From a virus: a DNA stretch of 64,000 nucleotides. Shown piece after piece: positions 48,350 through 56,706 of the stretch. The position numbers were made by a program, and so were the translations under genes. The stretch spans positions 1-64,000 of the IMG/VR virus record IMGVR_UViG_3300020036_004192; one strand, written 5' to 3'. The notes under the pieces are model-generated. The model was not told where the DNA came from. It ran no database searches and saw nothing but the letters and a program-made list of their open reading frames with translations. How positions within the stretch are numbered: position 1 is the stretch's first letter; every line of letters begins with the position of its first letter.

Positions 48350-49169
48350 TGTTTATTCTCCTATAGATTGTACGGAAAGTGTTTGTGCTCATGCCTGCAG
48401 CCCTGGAACTTTCAGAGCGAAGGACATAATGGGTTAGGGGGTCACGTCCATGATGCTGGCCCCATGCTCTTGCAGCTTCCATCTCGACTTGACAGATAGT
48501 TCTAAGCGTGTTGCGCCTAGGGTGTATTGTGATGTAGTCTCCACTCCCACGATCATCATTGTTCACTCTTGAATTATGAACTAGCGCACCAGAGTCATCA
48601 GTGATTTCGACCTGAACACTGTGCTCAGTGACTCGGGAGATGTGAACATTTTGGTATGACCCGGTTCGGCCAGTTAGCCTATAGTGTCCGGGGTTAGGGA
48701 TCATCGTTATAACATCTCTGAACCCATCGACTCTTGTATGAGGAACCTCTACCGTATCTGTCGGCATAGCCGGATGCCGGTCACGCTGGCGTGTCATGTT
48801 AGAGAAGCCGCCATGCCAGTTGACTGCGTGCTCGGAACACAGTGAAACACGCTCGGCTCTGTAATTGGTCCGCCAGCGACCATCTCTACCTGGACAATTA
48901 GATGGGGAAACAAGTAGTCGGGCGCTCCAGATTACTGGATCATTACAGTTGTTGAAGTAACATCCTGTTCTGGAACGGGCAATCTCGGCTAGCCTCATCT
49001 CTTCCAGGCGGGCCTCAACTTCCTCGTCAGTTGGACGTGATGAAGTTAAGAAAGATACTACGCCAGCGCCATCGTCAGGCAAGGCATACGTCATGATCTG
49101 TGGAAGTTCCTCTTCTAGAAGAAATCCAAACGGATCATAAAGTTCTGGTCTAGCTAGAGTAATAGGCAT
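48336..49169 (-). CDS. Hypothetical protein (277 aa)
   Basis: Tiled ORF. Confidence 0.45.
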   Translation of the reverse strand: MPITLARPELYDPFGFLLEEELPQIMTYALPDDGAGVVSFLTSSRPTDEEVEARLEEMRLAEIARSRTGCYFNNCNDPVIWSARLLVSPSNCPGRDGRWRTNYRAERVSLCSEHAVNWHGGFSNMTRQRDRHPAMPTDTVEVPHTRVDGFRDVITMIPNPGHYRLTGRTGSYQNVHISRVTEHSVQVEITDDSGALVHNSRVNNDDRGSGDYITIHPRRNTLRTICQVEMEAARAWGQHHGRDPLTHYVLRSESSRAAGMSTNTFRTIYRRINNAVS

Positions 49170-49985
49170 TTACAGGCTCCTATGGTAGTTGAACTGACGA
49201 TGCATCAGCCCAATGATATCAGGCGGGGCAATGTCTTCAAGGAAAGTGATAAGCGTATAGTCGTCACCGGGGACAGTCAGCTTCTCTGCTTTGGCAGCTT
49301 CTACCATAGCAGAAGATACACCGGCTGCCAAATGCATACGCCAGGCAACTCGGGAAGCATTCCAGGCTCGGAACTCGATGGTAGGTCCACCTCGGCCACC
49401 GAAGTTTAGAGTGGGGCGACCGGGGAGAGGGAAGGAAAGCTCAGCAACAGGCAACTCCCAAACATCAGGACTGGTGATGTAGTAGCTCTGGTTCAGCCTA
49501 GGCTCGGTGTTGCCGTTTGAACGAACCTCTCGGTCACTGAGCGCAGCCAACTCCAAGAATTCCTCCTGGAATCTCAGGTAGATTCTGATAAGCTGGCATT
49601 TCTGCTGATTGGTGAGGTCGCTGGCCCCGACGTGAGTGTGCATGCCCACCGATCGGCTGTGGGTGCCACGGACCTGCTGCAAAGCTACCGCAAGATAGTT
49701 CGTTGCATCGAAGTAGGTCTTCGATCCGAACAGAACTCCACGAGAGCCACCGATGATGAATTCACCACCGCCTGCCGTGCAGTCCGAAGTGGGATGCACA
49801 GGGTAGGTGTCACGGTAACGACAGGAACAAGCGTAACCGTGAAGGTTGCGGTCAGGGGCTAGCCCTGCAGCATGCAAGACGCCAGCAGCATCAGCACCTG
49901 ATGCCATTTCAACCTCTTGCCCTACGGTTCGACGGTAGGAAGCGTAGGTCTTGTCGGCTTCCGGTGGAAGGTAAAAGTCAGGCAT
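49170..49985 (-). CDS. Phage amidoligase-like protein (paralog 2)
   Basis: GMHTHVG and EFRAWNASRVAWRMH blocks, paralogous to 44510..45469. Confidence 0.45.
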   Translation of the reverse strand: MPDFYLPPEADKTYASYRRTVGQEVEMASGADAAGVLHAAGLAPDRNLHGYACSCRYRDTYPVHPTSDCTAGGGEFIIGGSRGVLFGSKTYFDATNYLAVALQQVRGTHSRSVGMHTHVGASDLTNQQKCQLIRIYLRFQEEFLELAALSDREVRSNGNTEPRLNQSYYITSPDVWELPVAELSFPLPGRPTLNFGGRGGPTIEFRAWNASRVAWRMHLAAGVSSAMVEAAKAEKLTVPGDDYTLITFLEDIAPPDIIGLMHRQFNYHRSL

Positions 49986-50006
49986 TATAGTTTTCCTTTG
50001 TTTGGT

Positions 50007-50492
50007 TTACCATGACTGGATAGTCTCTAATAGGGCTAGCCCCTCTTGAGCCAGCACTTTGTTTTCTTTCTGTGCCATTAGTATTGCTTTGATGGTTTCA
50101 AAATCTGAGATGTCATCAATCCCAAATTCTACACATATGTCATCATATGCTTGAAGAATCAAGTTTCGTTCACTGTCTTCGTGGCAAGTGCATGAGCACA
50201 TTTCTTCTTCCACGTTGTCAATTTCATGACAGTATTCGTGCCAGCCACTTAAGCATTCACTGAACTTGAAGAATTCGTAGCAATCATCTAGATCAAAGTC
50301 GTCGTGGCATTTGCAGTCACATACAAACATACCGACCTTGGGGTCCACCCCAAAGATTGGCACTTCGCTGAGGCACCCAGTATGATTTCCACTTAGACAC
50401 ATAGAAAACGTTCCTACGTCATCATATGGGCGTGCAGGCGTGGTGCCGTTCAAAGGATGCAGGAGGAAATCTTTAGCAGCTATAGCGGGCAT
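50007..50492 (-). CDS. Cys/His-rich protein with CxCxCH repeats (paralog A)
   Basis: CDCKCHDD and CSCTCHED motifs, plus GNHTGC. Confidence 0.5.
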   Translation of the reverse strand: MPAIAAKDFLLHPLNGTTPARPYDDVGTFSMCLSGNHTGCLSEVPIFGVDPKVGMFVCDCKCHDDFDLDDCYEFFKFSECLSGWHEYCHEIDNVEEEMCSCTCHEDSERNLILQAYDDICVEFGIDDISDFETIKAILMAQKENKVLAQEGLALLETIQSW

Positions 50493-50943
50493 TTTGTATC
50501 CCTTCTACGTGACAGTAGCATTTGCAGAACCTGCCCGATACGCATTTACCATGGTCTCGTCTCACGCATTGCTGTGATACGTATGTTTCTGACAGACTGT
50601 ATTTTTGCCCATGACAGTAGCATGAGCAGAAGTTCCCGCTGCATTCGTCGTGTGAGTTTTGAAGACATTTGGAATTTTTGTATCCATCGGTTATAGGTGT
50701 GTATTTGTAGTGGCAGTCACAGTCGCATTCATAATTTACATTGGTCAGTCTGCCTGGAACGCTGACTTTGAATTCCCTTTTTTCTACACATTCTGAGTGA
50801 TCACCATGAATACAGTCGGTGAATGTCATGAATGTTGTTGAGGGGTAGGAACTTACTCTTGACTTGAAGTTCTGTTGGGGTCTAGGGGTTGTTTTTGCTG
50901 CTTCTGGCACATCCAGAAAAAGGCTTGCTGGGTATGCAGGCAT
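50473..50943 (-). CDS. Cys/His-rich protein with CxCxCH repeats (paralog B)
   Basis: CDCDCHYK, CSCYCHGQ and CKCYCHVE, plus GDHSEC. The N-terminus MPAY parallels paralog A's MPAI. Confidence 0.5.
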   Translation of the reverse strand: MPAYPASLFLDVPEAAKTTPRPQQNFKSRVSSYPSTTFMTFTDCIHGDHSECVEKREFKVSVPGRLTNVNYECDCDCHYKYTPITDGYKNSKCLQNSHDECSGNFCSCYCHGQKYSLSETYVSQQCVRRDHGKCVSGRFCKCYCHVEGIQNARYSC

Positions 50944-50954
50944 GTTGTTTCTTT

Positions 50955-51254
50955 CTAGTAGTAGATCGTGCTTCGTCCCATACTGTCTGCTCTGCGTGGG
51001 ACATCATTCTCTTCCCATGTGGGTGACTGGTCCATGAACCGCCGCTGATCGTTCATTTCTGCCATTGCTTGACCCATAGTGTACCCAAAAAGCACAGGGG
51101 ATACGTCGGTAACGAAACCGACGCATGTTTTACCATACATACCTCTGCCTGAATAGTCCCAGCGAATGTCTATTTCGCCAAAGACCCCATGGTCATACAT
51201 TCGGTCTACAAGGTCTTGCACGTCTTGTCTAGTAACTCTATCGTCTAGTACCAC
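50955..51254 (-). CDS. Hypothetical protein (99 aa)
   Basis: Tiled ORF. Confidence 0.4.
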   Translation of the reverse strand: MVLDDRVTRQDVQDLVDRMYDHGVFGEIDIRWDYSGRGMYGKTCVGFVTDVSPVLFGYTMGQAMAEMNDQRRFMDQSPTWEENDVPRRADSMGRSTIYY

Positions 51255-51635
51255 TTATTCTACCTTCTTGACAAAGCCAGCATTTATTAGGATTTCAGTG
51301 AGATGAGCCGCCCATTTCTCATCAGGAAGAAAGGCGTCCTTGCTTTCGTTACTCCCGAACCCGCACTTGCAATACACGTCGCACCCATCGTAGTCATGGG
51401 GTTCCAAAACATGTTCGGCTATTAACTCGCTTAGGTCACGCAGTGGATCTAGTAGAATTACTTCCACACTCTGGATAGGGAGAGGCGGGGCTACATCTAG
51501 CCCTGCTGTGGCCCAAGAGTTTCTTCCTTCATCTTCAGCGTAGCGTTCGTTAACAGCTTCTACGATAACCTCGTGATGTTTTACTCCGAGAGCGTTAGAG
51601 TTAGCTGCAGTTAGTACGACTTTATATTTAGGCAT
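51255..51635 (-). CDS. Hypothetical protein (126 aa)
   Basis: Tiled ORF. Confidence 0.45.
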   Translation of the reverse strand: MPKYKVVLTAANSNALGVKHHEVIVEAVNERYAEDEGRNSWATAGLDVAPPLPIQSVEVILLDPLRDLSELIAEHVLEPHDYDGCDVYCKCGFGSNESKDAFLPDEKWAAHLTEILINAGFVKKVE

Positions 51636-51947
51636 TTACAAATCCTCAATTCTGGCCTTAACAAAAGTTCCTTCTTGGACAAACACAATCCAGTTAGTAC
51701 GAGTGGACTGCAACAGCGCAGCACAATACCGGCAAGGGCGCGAATTCATCATGATTGATGAAGATGATGCTTTACGTCCAGCCACATAGATGGTTCCACC
51801 ACGCATCTGTGGATTCTTGTAGTAGCAGGACAGTTCACAGTGAACCCCTGCAATGTCAGGATACGATGCATTCATCGTCGTGGCAGGTCGGATCAGGTCG
51901 TTCTTTCCGACGATGATTCTTGATCCTTTAACGTACAGTGCAACCAT
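51636..51947 (-). CDS. Cytidine/dCMP deaminase-like zinc enzyme (apparently 5'-truncated)
   Basis: HCE...PCRYC zinc-binding motifs (GVHCELS and PCRYCAAL). The frame stays open and deaminase-like for 43 more codons upstream (to 52076) with no ATG/GTG/TTG. Confidence 0.6.
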   Translation of the reverse strand: MVALYVKGSRIIVGKNDLIRPATTMNASYPDIAGVHCELSCYYKNPQMRGGTIYVAGRKASSSSIMMNSRPCRYCAALLQSTRTNWIVFVQEGTFVKARIEDL

Positions 51948-52130
51948 ATCATAGGAGCCACCGCTGGTGTGTGTCTTTGCCAGGTCTATTGCCTTCGTAA
52001 TGAATGTTTCGTCGTTGCCAGATAGTGCGAAGGTTTCTATCGGCTTAACGGACTTTCTACCCTTTGGGCGGATACTTCATTCGTACATTCCTATCGGGTA
52101 CAGGTTTGAATGTGTCATCATACGCTGTCA

Positions 52131-52376
52131 TCAGGACTCCAAATCCCAATCAGCTAAGTTCATAATAGGATATTCTCTTAGCTTGGCAAGGTTAGCACCT
52201 GTTGTGTCAAAAGTGAGTCCAATGTTATCCATCCCAATTTTACCATTTATGTTTATATTATGCAACGCATAGACAAGCGCATACATCGAACCAGCTAAAC
52301 ACAAGACAAGCAAGACCATAAATACCATTCTAAGCCTCAATCTCCGGTGGATTTTCGGGGTTGTATCGGAAAGCAT
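52131..52376 (-). CDS. Small membrane protein (81 aa)
   Basis: TM segment MVFMVLLVLCLAGSMYALVYAL. Confidence 0.4.
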   Translation of the reverse strand: MLSDTTPKIHRRLRLRMVFMVLLVLCLAGSMYALVYALHNININGKIGMDNIGLTFDTTGANLAKLREYPIMNLADWDLES

Positions 52377-52653
52377 CCACTTTCCATTCCCCAGTGTCAG
52401 GGTCAGTCACGAACAGAACGTCTAAAATGTACCCGTCAGGGTCAGGATGCTCACAGTTGATGTCAGCTAAAGCTATGGCTTTACGGCAAGCGTCACCGAC
52501 ACCGATAGCTTCCACTGTAAGGTCCAGTAAAATACGCCCTTCTGGATCATCATTTTCTCTGGTGCGGACAACGATTGGTCTAGGGGTTTTTTCTAGCGTT
52601 GGCATGCTTATCTCCTTCGTATTTAGAAGTGGGTCCGAGTTGTCCATCATCAA
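52330..52653 (-). CDS. Hypothetical protein (107 aa)
   Basis: Tiled ORF. Confidence 0.4.
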   Translation of the reverse strand: MMMDNSDPLLNTKEISMPTLEKTPRPIVVRTRENDDPEGRILLDLTVEAIGVGDACRKAIALADINCEHPDPDGYILDVLFVTDPDTGEWKVDAFRYNPENPPEIEA

Positions 52654-52743
52654 ACATTTGACACATTGTAGCTATACAACATGAGCATATGCCATTCCTC
52701 ATCGGACAGGTATCATGGTCGGGAACTTGACACTCGGGACACT

Positions 52744-52938
52744 TCATACTATAGGCTCAGGATATGAGCCATGCTTTTCTTTGAAGATTTCCAATGCTTC
52801 TTCCTTAGAAATCATATGGCTAAGGTTTTTTGCTACTGTCTTGCATCTTCCGCATCGGCTTTCATGTTGCGCTTCGATTAATGGAATGGGCCACACGTAG
52901 CAGTCGCAGAGAGCGTACAGGACAGGGATTTCACTCAC
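52744..52938 (-). CDS. Small Cys protein (64 aa)
   Basis: CDCYVW...CGRCK. Confidence 0.35.
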   Translation of the reverse strand: MSEIPVLYALCDCYVWPIPLIEAQHESRCGRCKTVAKNLSHMISKEEALEIFKEKHGSYPEPIV

Positions 52939-53329
52939 TACTCAGCTTCTTGCATAGAGCGAAAGCATCTTCTGAACCCCAAGCTAGAGAGAACCCCATA
53001 AGCCTATCCAGGTCATCTTTGCTGATCGAAATTCGGTTGTCACCACTTGGGGTGACAGGAGCAGGCTGTCGCTGGACACGCCGCACCTTATCCTGTGCGT
53101 TGTGTAAAGTTACTCTACCAAGCTGACGTAATGCCCTACCGTATGCTAGACCGTAAGCAATCTCAGGGTCATTTCGGTCCACCGGGTCACGTCTGGCTGT
53201 TCCGTTTGCAAAGAACGTCTTGCCACCGATGTCGGCCTTGAGTCTAACGGCTGTTACCCCATTGGACTCAATGATTTCTGTTGATAGATCAAACTGTTGC
53301 TTATTCATATTTTCTCCTATAAGTTTCAT
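52931..53329 (-). CDS. Hypothetical protein (132 aa)
   Basis: Tiled ORF. Confidence 0.45.
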   Translation of the reverse strand: MKLIGENMNKQQFDLSTEIIESNGVTAVRLKADIGGKTFFANGTARRDPVDRNDPEIAYGLAYGRALRQLGRVTLHNAQDKVRRVQRQPAPVTPSGDNRISISKDDLDRLMGFSLAWGSEDAFALCKKLSSE

Positions 53330-53472
53330 GTTTAAATGCTGGGCAAGTCATCATCGCTTCACCACCCAAAGGCCGCTGTAACAGGGGCACCCGATGGACT
53401 CGCAATGCGACTGTGTTTCGTCAGCCCGCTCCAGCCGTGGCCTGTTGCCCTTCGCCGCCTGTGGCATGAGCG

Positions 53473-53838
53473 TCAGTGGGCAGGACGATGAGCGACCCAC
53501 TGGCCGACCTCATCGAAGAACGACTTACTCGCCCAATGGAGCCGGGGATGGGCAACCCACCGTCGGTAGCTGAGACGGATCAGCAGGGCCGGTCGCCCGG
53601 GCGGGTTCTTCACTGAGATTGACGCCATCTCGCGGGCGGCGACGGCGGCGGGTGGCGGCGGGTCGGGGATGACGACGTGGACGATGAGGCTGGGGGGCCA
53701 GACGTTCCATGAGTCGTAGCCGCAGTCGTAGCCTTCGACAGAGTGCACCCGTAGGTCGTGGGCGTCGGGGCGGGCGAGCAGGGTGGCGATGGTGGCGGTG
53801 CCGGGTTCGCCGGGGAAGTCATCGATGGTGATGGGCAT
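53473..53838 (-). CDS. Hypothetical protein inside a GC-rich island (121 aa; the C-terminal half looks degenerate)
   Basis: The ORF lies in a ~68% GC segment; N-terminal ITIDDFPGEPGTATIATLLARPDAHDLRVHSVEGYDCGYD is followed by a Pro/Arg-rich low-complexity tail. Confidence 0.4.
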   Translation of the reverse strand: MPITIDDFPGEPGTATIATLLARPDAHDLRVHSVEGYDCGYDSWNVWPPSLIVHVVIPDPPPPAAVAAREMASISVKNPPGRPALLIRLSYRRWVAHPRLHWASKSFFDEVGQWVAHRPAH

Positions 53839-54053
53839 GTTTTTCTCTTTTCATCTTGCATGAATACTTGTGTAGCCTCTCTTATTACAATACCATCACA
53901 ATGTTTGCCGTTAATTACTTTCAAACAATGATCATGAACGCCGAAGGTTGTAAAAACGTGGCCATGACTGCACTTGAACGTAGGGTAGGAGAACATTATA
54001 GCACCAATCTAGTCGGGCTGCACAGTAGAAGTTGATAACGTAATAGAGTAGCA

Positions 54054-54260
54054 TCATATCCTAGTTTCATGGTGATGTTCTTTATCATGCTTAAGAATGG
54101 CGTAATGCCACACTTTGACTACGACAGGGTACAGGAGGAATCCTGTAACAAGTTCCCATACTCCTTCTGCAAGAATGTGGGCAGGGTCAGTTACGATGCT
54201 TCGGAATTCTTCCAGAAACCCCATGTTGGCGGTTTCTGTTGCGACTGTCAGTAGGCTCAT
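54054..54260 (-). CDS. Small membrane protein (68 aa)
   Basis: ORF track. Confidence 0.35.
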   Translation of the reverse strand: MSLLTVATETANMGFLEEFRSIVTDPAHILAEGVWELVTGFLLYPVVVKVWHYAILKHDKEHHHETRI

Positions 54261-54320
54261 TTTCTTCCTCCCATTCGGGTTTGGCGTATAGTCCTGATTC
54301 GATTAGGGCTTGGTCAGGAT

Positions 54321-54572
54321 TCATTTTCTTTCATCTTGTCGTCGGTTAATCTCAGCGATACGTCGCCACACCCAAGGAAGCCTCTTAGACTCCTTACGAA
54401 TAGCACCGGATGCCGTATCTTCCTGTCTGATATGCGCGTTAAGGTCAGTCATGTTATCCTCACTAACGGATGATTCATTCTTGAAAGTGTTGAAACCCTC
54501 AACCCAGCCAACCTTATAACATATTCTACATACGGCTAAGGTCCAGATGGTGAGTAATATGGCTATGAACAT
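54321..54572 (-). CDS. Small membrane protein (83 aa)
   Basis: Hydrophobic MFIAILLTIWTLAVCRICY. Confidence 0.4.
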   Translation of the reverse strand: MFIAILLTIWTLAVCRICYKVGWVEGFNTFKNESSVSEDNMTDLNAHIRQEDTASGAIRKESKRLPWVWRRIAEINRRQDERK

Positions 54573-54687
54573 TGGTTTCCTTCCAGGAAAAACGACTTGA
54601 CTAGGTTAACTGCTTCTAGGAGTTCGTCATCTAGGTCTATTGTTAATTCAACCTCATGAACAAGAATTTCTATTGCTTCTCTAGGTG

Positions 54688-55059
54688 TCATAATCTTTCA
54701 ATCCTTTCTACAAGAGTGCCCCACTCGACACCTCTATCAGCGTCTGCCTGGACTATATCCAGAAACTCTAAGTCATCGGGGTCAATAGGCCACTCATTTA
54801 CATAAGCCTTGACACTGGCAAATGCGTACTTGTAATCAGTATCATCACAACCGTATGTTCTCGTTAAATTACCTAGAGGCCAGCCATTGTTGACTGCAAG
54901 CTGCCCCAAAAGACAGTGTTCTACACGAACACCTGTCGACCCTTTGACAACTAGCTCATATAAGCATTGTTTGTCATAATCTACAGGGTTGACTGTATTA
55001 GGATTGGCCTCACAAATTGCGATGAGTTGATCCTTGATTTCGTCTCTTGTTAGTGTCAT
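54688..55059 (-). CDS. Hypothetical protein (123 aa)
   Basis: Tiled; ends just before tRNA-Tyr. Confidence 0.45.
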   Translation of the reverse strand: MTLTRDEIKDQLIAICEANPNTVNPVDYDKQCLYELVVKGSTGVRVEHCLLGQLAVNNGWPLGNLTRTYGCDDTDYKYAFASVKAYVNEWPIDPDDLEFLDIVQADADRGVEWGTLVERIERL

Positions 55060-55078
55060 TTAGTTTTCTTTCTTTAGT

Positions 55079-55165
55079 TGGTGAGCCGAGTAGGATTTGA
55101 ACCTACGATGTATCTTACGTCACGGATTTACAGTCCGCTTGCTTCAGCCTCTTGCATACCGACTC
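55079..55165 (-). tRNA. tRNA-Tyr (anticodon GTA), long variable arm, CCA encoded
   Basis: Hand fold: acceptor GAGTCGG/TCGGCTC, anticodon loop CTGTAAA, 14-nt variable arm, T-arm GTAGG-TTCAAAT-CCTAC, 3' A-CCA. Confidence 0.85.
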
Positions 55166-55329
55166 ATGAATTTTCAGATCCTAGTTAGGAACGGTGTTGC
55201 ATCATACTTATCTAGGATGCGGTTTGCTTCCTTACGAACTTTGTCATCCATGGAACACAGATGATGCCTAGCCCATTCTATTTCTAGGGTTTCTAGGTCT
55301 TTAACTTGGCTAAGTACCATTTTATTCCT

Positions 55330-55683
55330 TTAGAAGCCATGTTCCCAATGTGGTACGGAAAAAACCCGATCCGTTAAGCGGGATTCCGGGAAATCCGGCC
55401 CTATGTCATCTAATGATAGGCCAGTTAGTTCTAGCTGTTCCTCTACAGTAATGATTTTCCTATGAGTCACCTCAATGGGGCGGAACCCGATGGAGGTGAC
55501 ACCCCCATCTTCTCTTTCCAGATTCATGTACCCCTTCATCTTACCATGCCCGCAGCATGCAACCAAGACCCCCTTCATACGTCCCAAGCATGGATCTACC
55601 CCCATTTCGCGGCAGTCTAAACCACCAGGAGCAACTTCCACGCATTCTAGGTTGCATTCCTCGCAAACATCACCAAGTTCCAT
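55330..55683 (-). CDS. Hypothetical Cys-rich protein (starts MELGDVCEECN)
   Basis: ATG at 55683, 3 nt after the upstream small-ORF stop (ORF track gives 55698). Confidence 0.4.
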   Translation of the reverse strand: MELGDVCEECNLECVEVAPGGLDCREMGVDPCLGRMKGVLVACCGHGKMKGYMNLEREDGGVTSIGFRPIEVTHRKIITVEEQLELTGLSLDDIGPDFPESRLTDRVFSVPHWEHGF

Positions 55684-55685
55684 GA

Positions 55686-55853
55686 TTACCACCCCCACCG
55701 TTCGCCGCCAACGCTAGACCTGTAACTCTCTTTGAGAGCGACGAGAGCCTGCACTTCTGCAGCCCAAGCAATTCGTTCCTGAGCATTTGTTGCTGCCTCA
55801 AGTTCAACGACTGCATGATTCAGCCTAGTGCAAAGCGTTTTCCAATCTGGCAT
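55686..55853 (-). CDS. Hypothetical small protein (55 aa, MPDWKTLCTRLNHAVVELEAA...), below the ORF-track cutoff
   Basis: The ATG lies 1 nt after the upstream stop; helical composition. Confidence 0.3.
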   Translation of the reverse strand: MPDWKTLCTRLNHAVVELEAATNAQERIAWAAEVQALVALKESYRSSVGGERWGW

Positions 55854-55854
55854 G

Positions 55855-56049
55855 TTATTCTCCATAATCTATTTCGTTTAGGGGAACCCATCCAAACCAA
55901 CCACAAGACTCTGGGCAGCGAAACTCTGCTACTGTCTGTCCAGGAAATGAAACGATGTTGTTTCTGGTTTGTGTGTGTTCCCAATGGTCGGTGTGTTCTC
56001 GTACACGGTTTTTTGTTCTTTGTGATGCTGCTTGGGTTGCTTTAATCAT
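55855..56049 (-). CDS. Hypothetical protein (64 aa)
   Basis: Immediately follows tRNA-Arg on the - strand. Confidence 0.35.
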   Translation of the reverse strand: MIKATQAASQRTKNRVREHTDHWEHTQTRNNIVSFPGQTVAEFRCPESCGWFGWVPLNEIDYGE

Positions 56050-56052
56050 AAG

Positions 56053-56127
56053 TGCCCCCGGAGAGATTTGAACTCCCGACCAGCAAATTAGAAGTTTGCC
56101 GCTCTTTCCTGGCTGAGCTACAGGGGC
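56053..56127 (-). tRNA. tRNA-Arg (anticodon TCT, reads AGA)
   Basis: Acceptor GCCCCTG/CGGGGGC, D-arm GCTC/GAGC, anticodon stem GCAAA/TTTGC with loop CTTCTAA, T-arm GGGAG-TTCAAAT-CTCTC, discriminator A. Confidence 0.85.
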
Positions 56128-56235
56128 ATGGTAGCATACGTTTCACTCGGTATGCTAGCGAGCTTGAGCTACCTCATCCCCTTGTAGCCCTTATCCGACC
56201 ACCTTATTAAATCGGAATCCCCAACCAACCAAAGA

Positions 56236-56706
56236 TTACTGATAGTCAACGATCGTTAGGTGGATTTCACTATCTTCAAATACTTCCCGAACTACATTCT
56301 CTATGGCAGCAACTGGAAGACCGCCAATGCCTGACCCAATGCGAGGAATAGCAATTGTTCTTATCCCTATAGCCTTAGCGTGCTTCTCCATTCTGTAGAG
56401 ACTGGTCTCTATAGCATCGAGAGTTGCATTTCTGCCAGGATTAAGTTGGGTTGCAAGGTTGTAAACCGAAGGGTGACTTTGCCATTCTCCCCAATTTACT
56501 TCACCGCCACCTCCGTAGAAGAAAATATCACCTGGGATAAATAACCCACGCTCAACACGTTGCTTGTAGTCCTTAAACATTTGGGGATAACGTCGCTTGA
56601 AGATGTAAGCAATACCCGCCCCCATTACCCCACGACAATTGCAACCATGAGCTATAGCGTCAACGTCTTGCTCAAACAGATTACCCTGGATAACAGATAC
56701 AGTCAT
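56236..56706 (-). CDS. Macro domain protein (ADP-ribose / Appr-1''-p processing)
   Basis: VDAIAHGCNCRGVMGAGIA and IAIPRIGSGIGGLP glycine-rich loops typical of macro domains; 156 aa. Confidence 0.75.
   Translation of the reverse strand: MTVSVIQGNLFEQDVDAIAHGCNCRGVMGAGIAYIFKRRYPQMFKDYKQRVERGLFIPGDIFFYGGGGEVNWGEWQSHPSVYNLATQLNPGRNATLDAIETSLYRMEKHAKAIGIRTIAIPRIGSGIGGLPVAAIENVVREVFEDSEIHLTIVDYQ

Noticed and set aside
56130-56160. 8-bp hairpin (TAGCATAC/GTATGCTA) immediately upstream of tRNA-Arg, as a separate regulatory element
   Set aside because: It is probably part of the tRNA precursor leader or a gene-end structure for the macro-domain gene. It has no T-run and no independent support.
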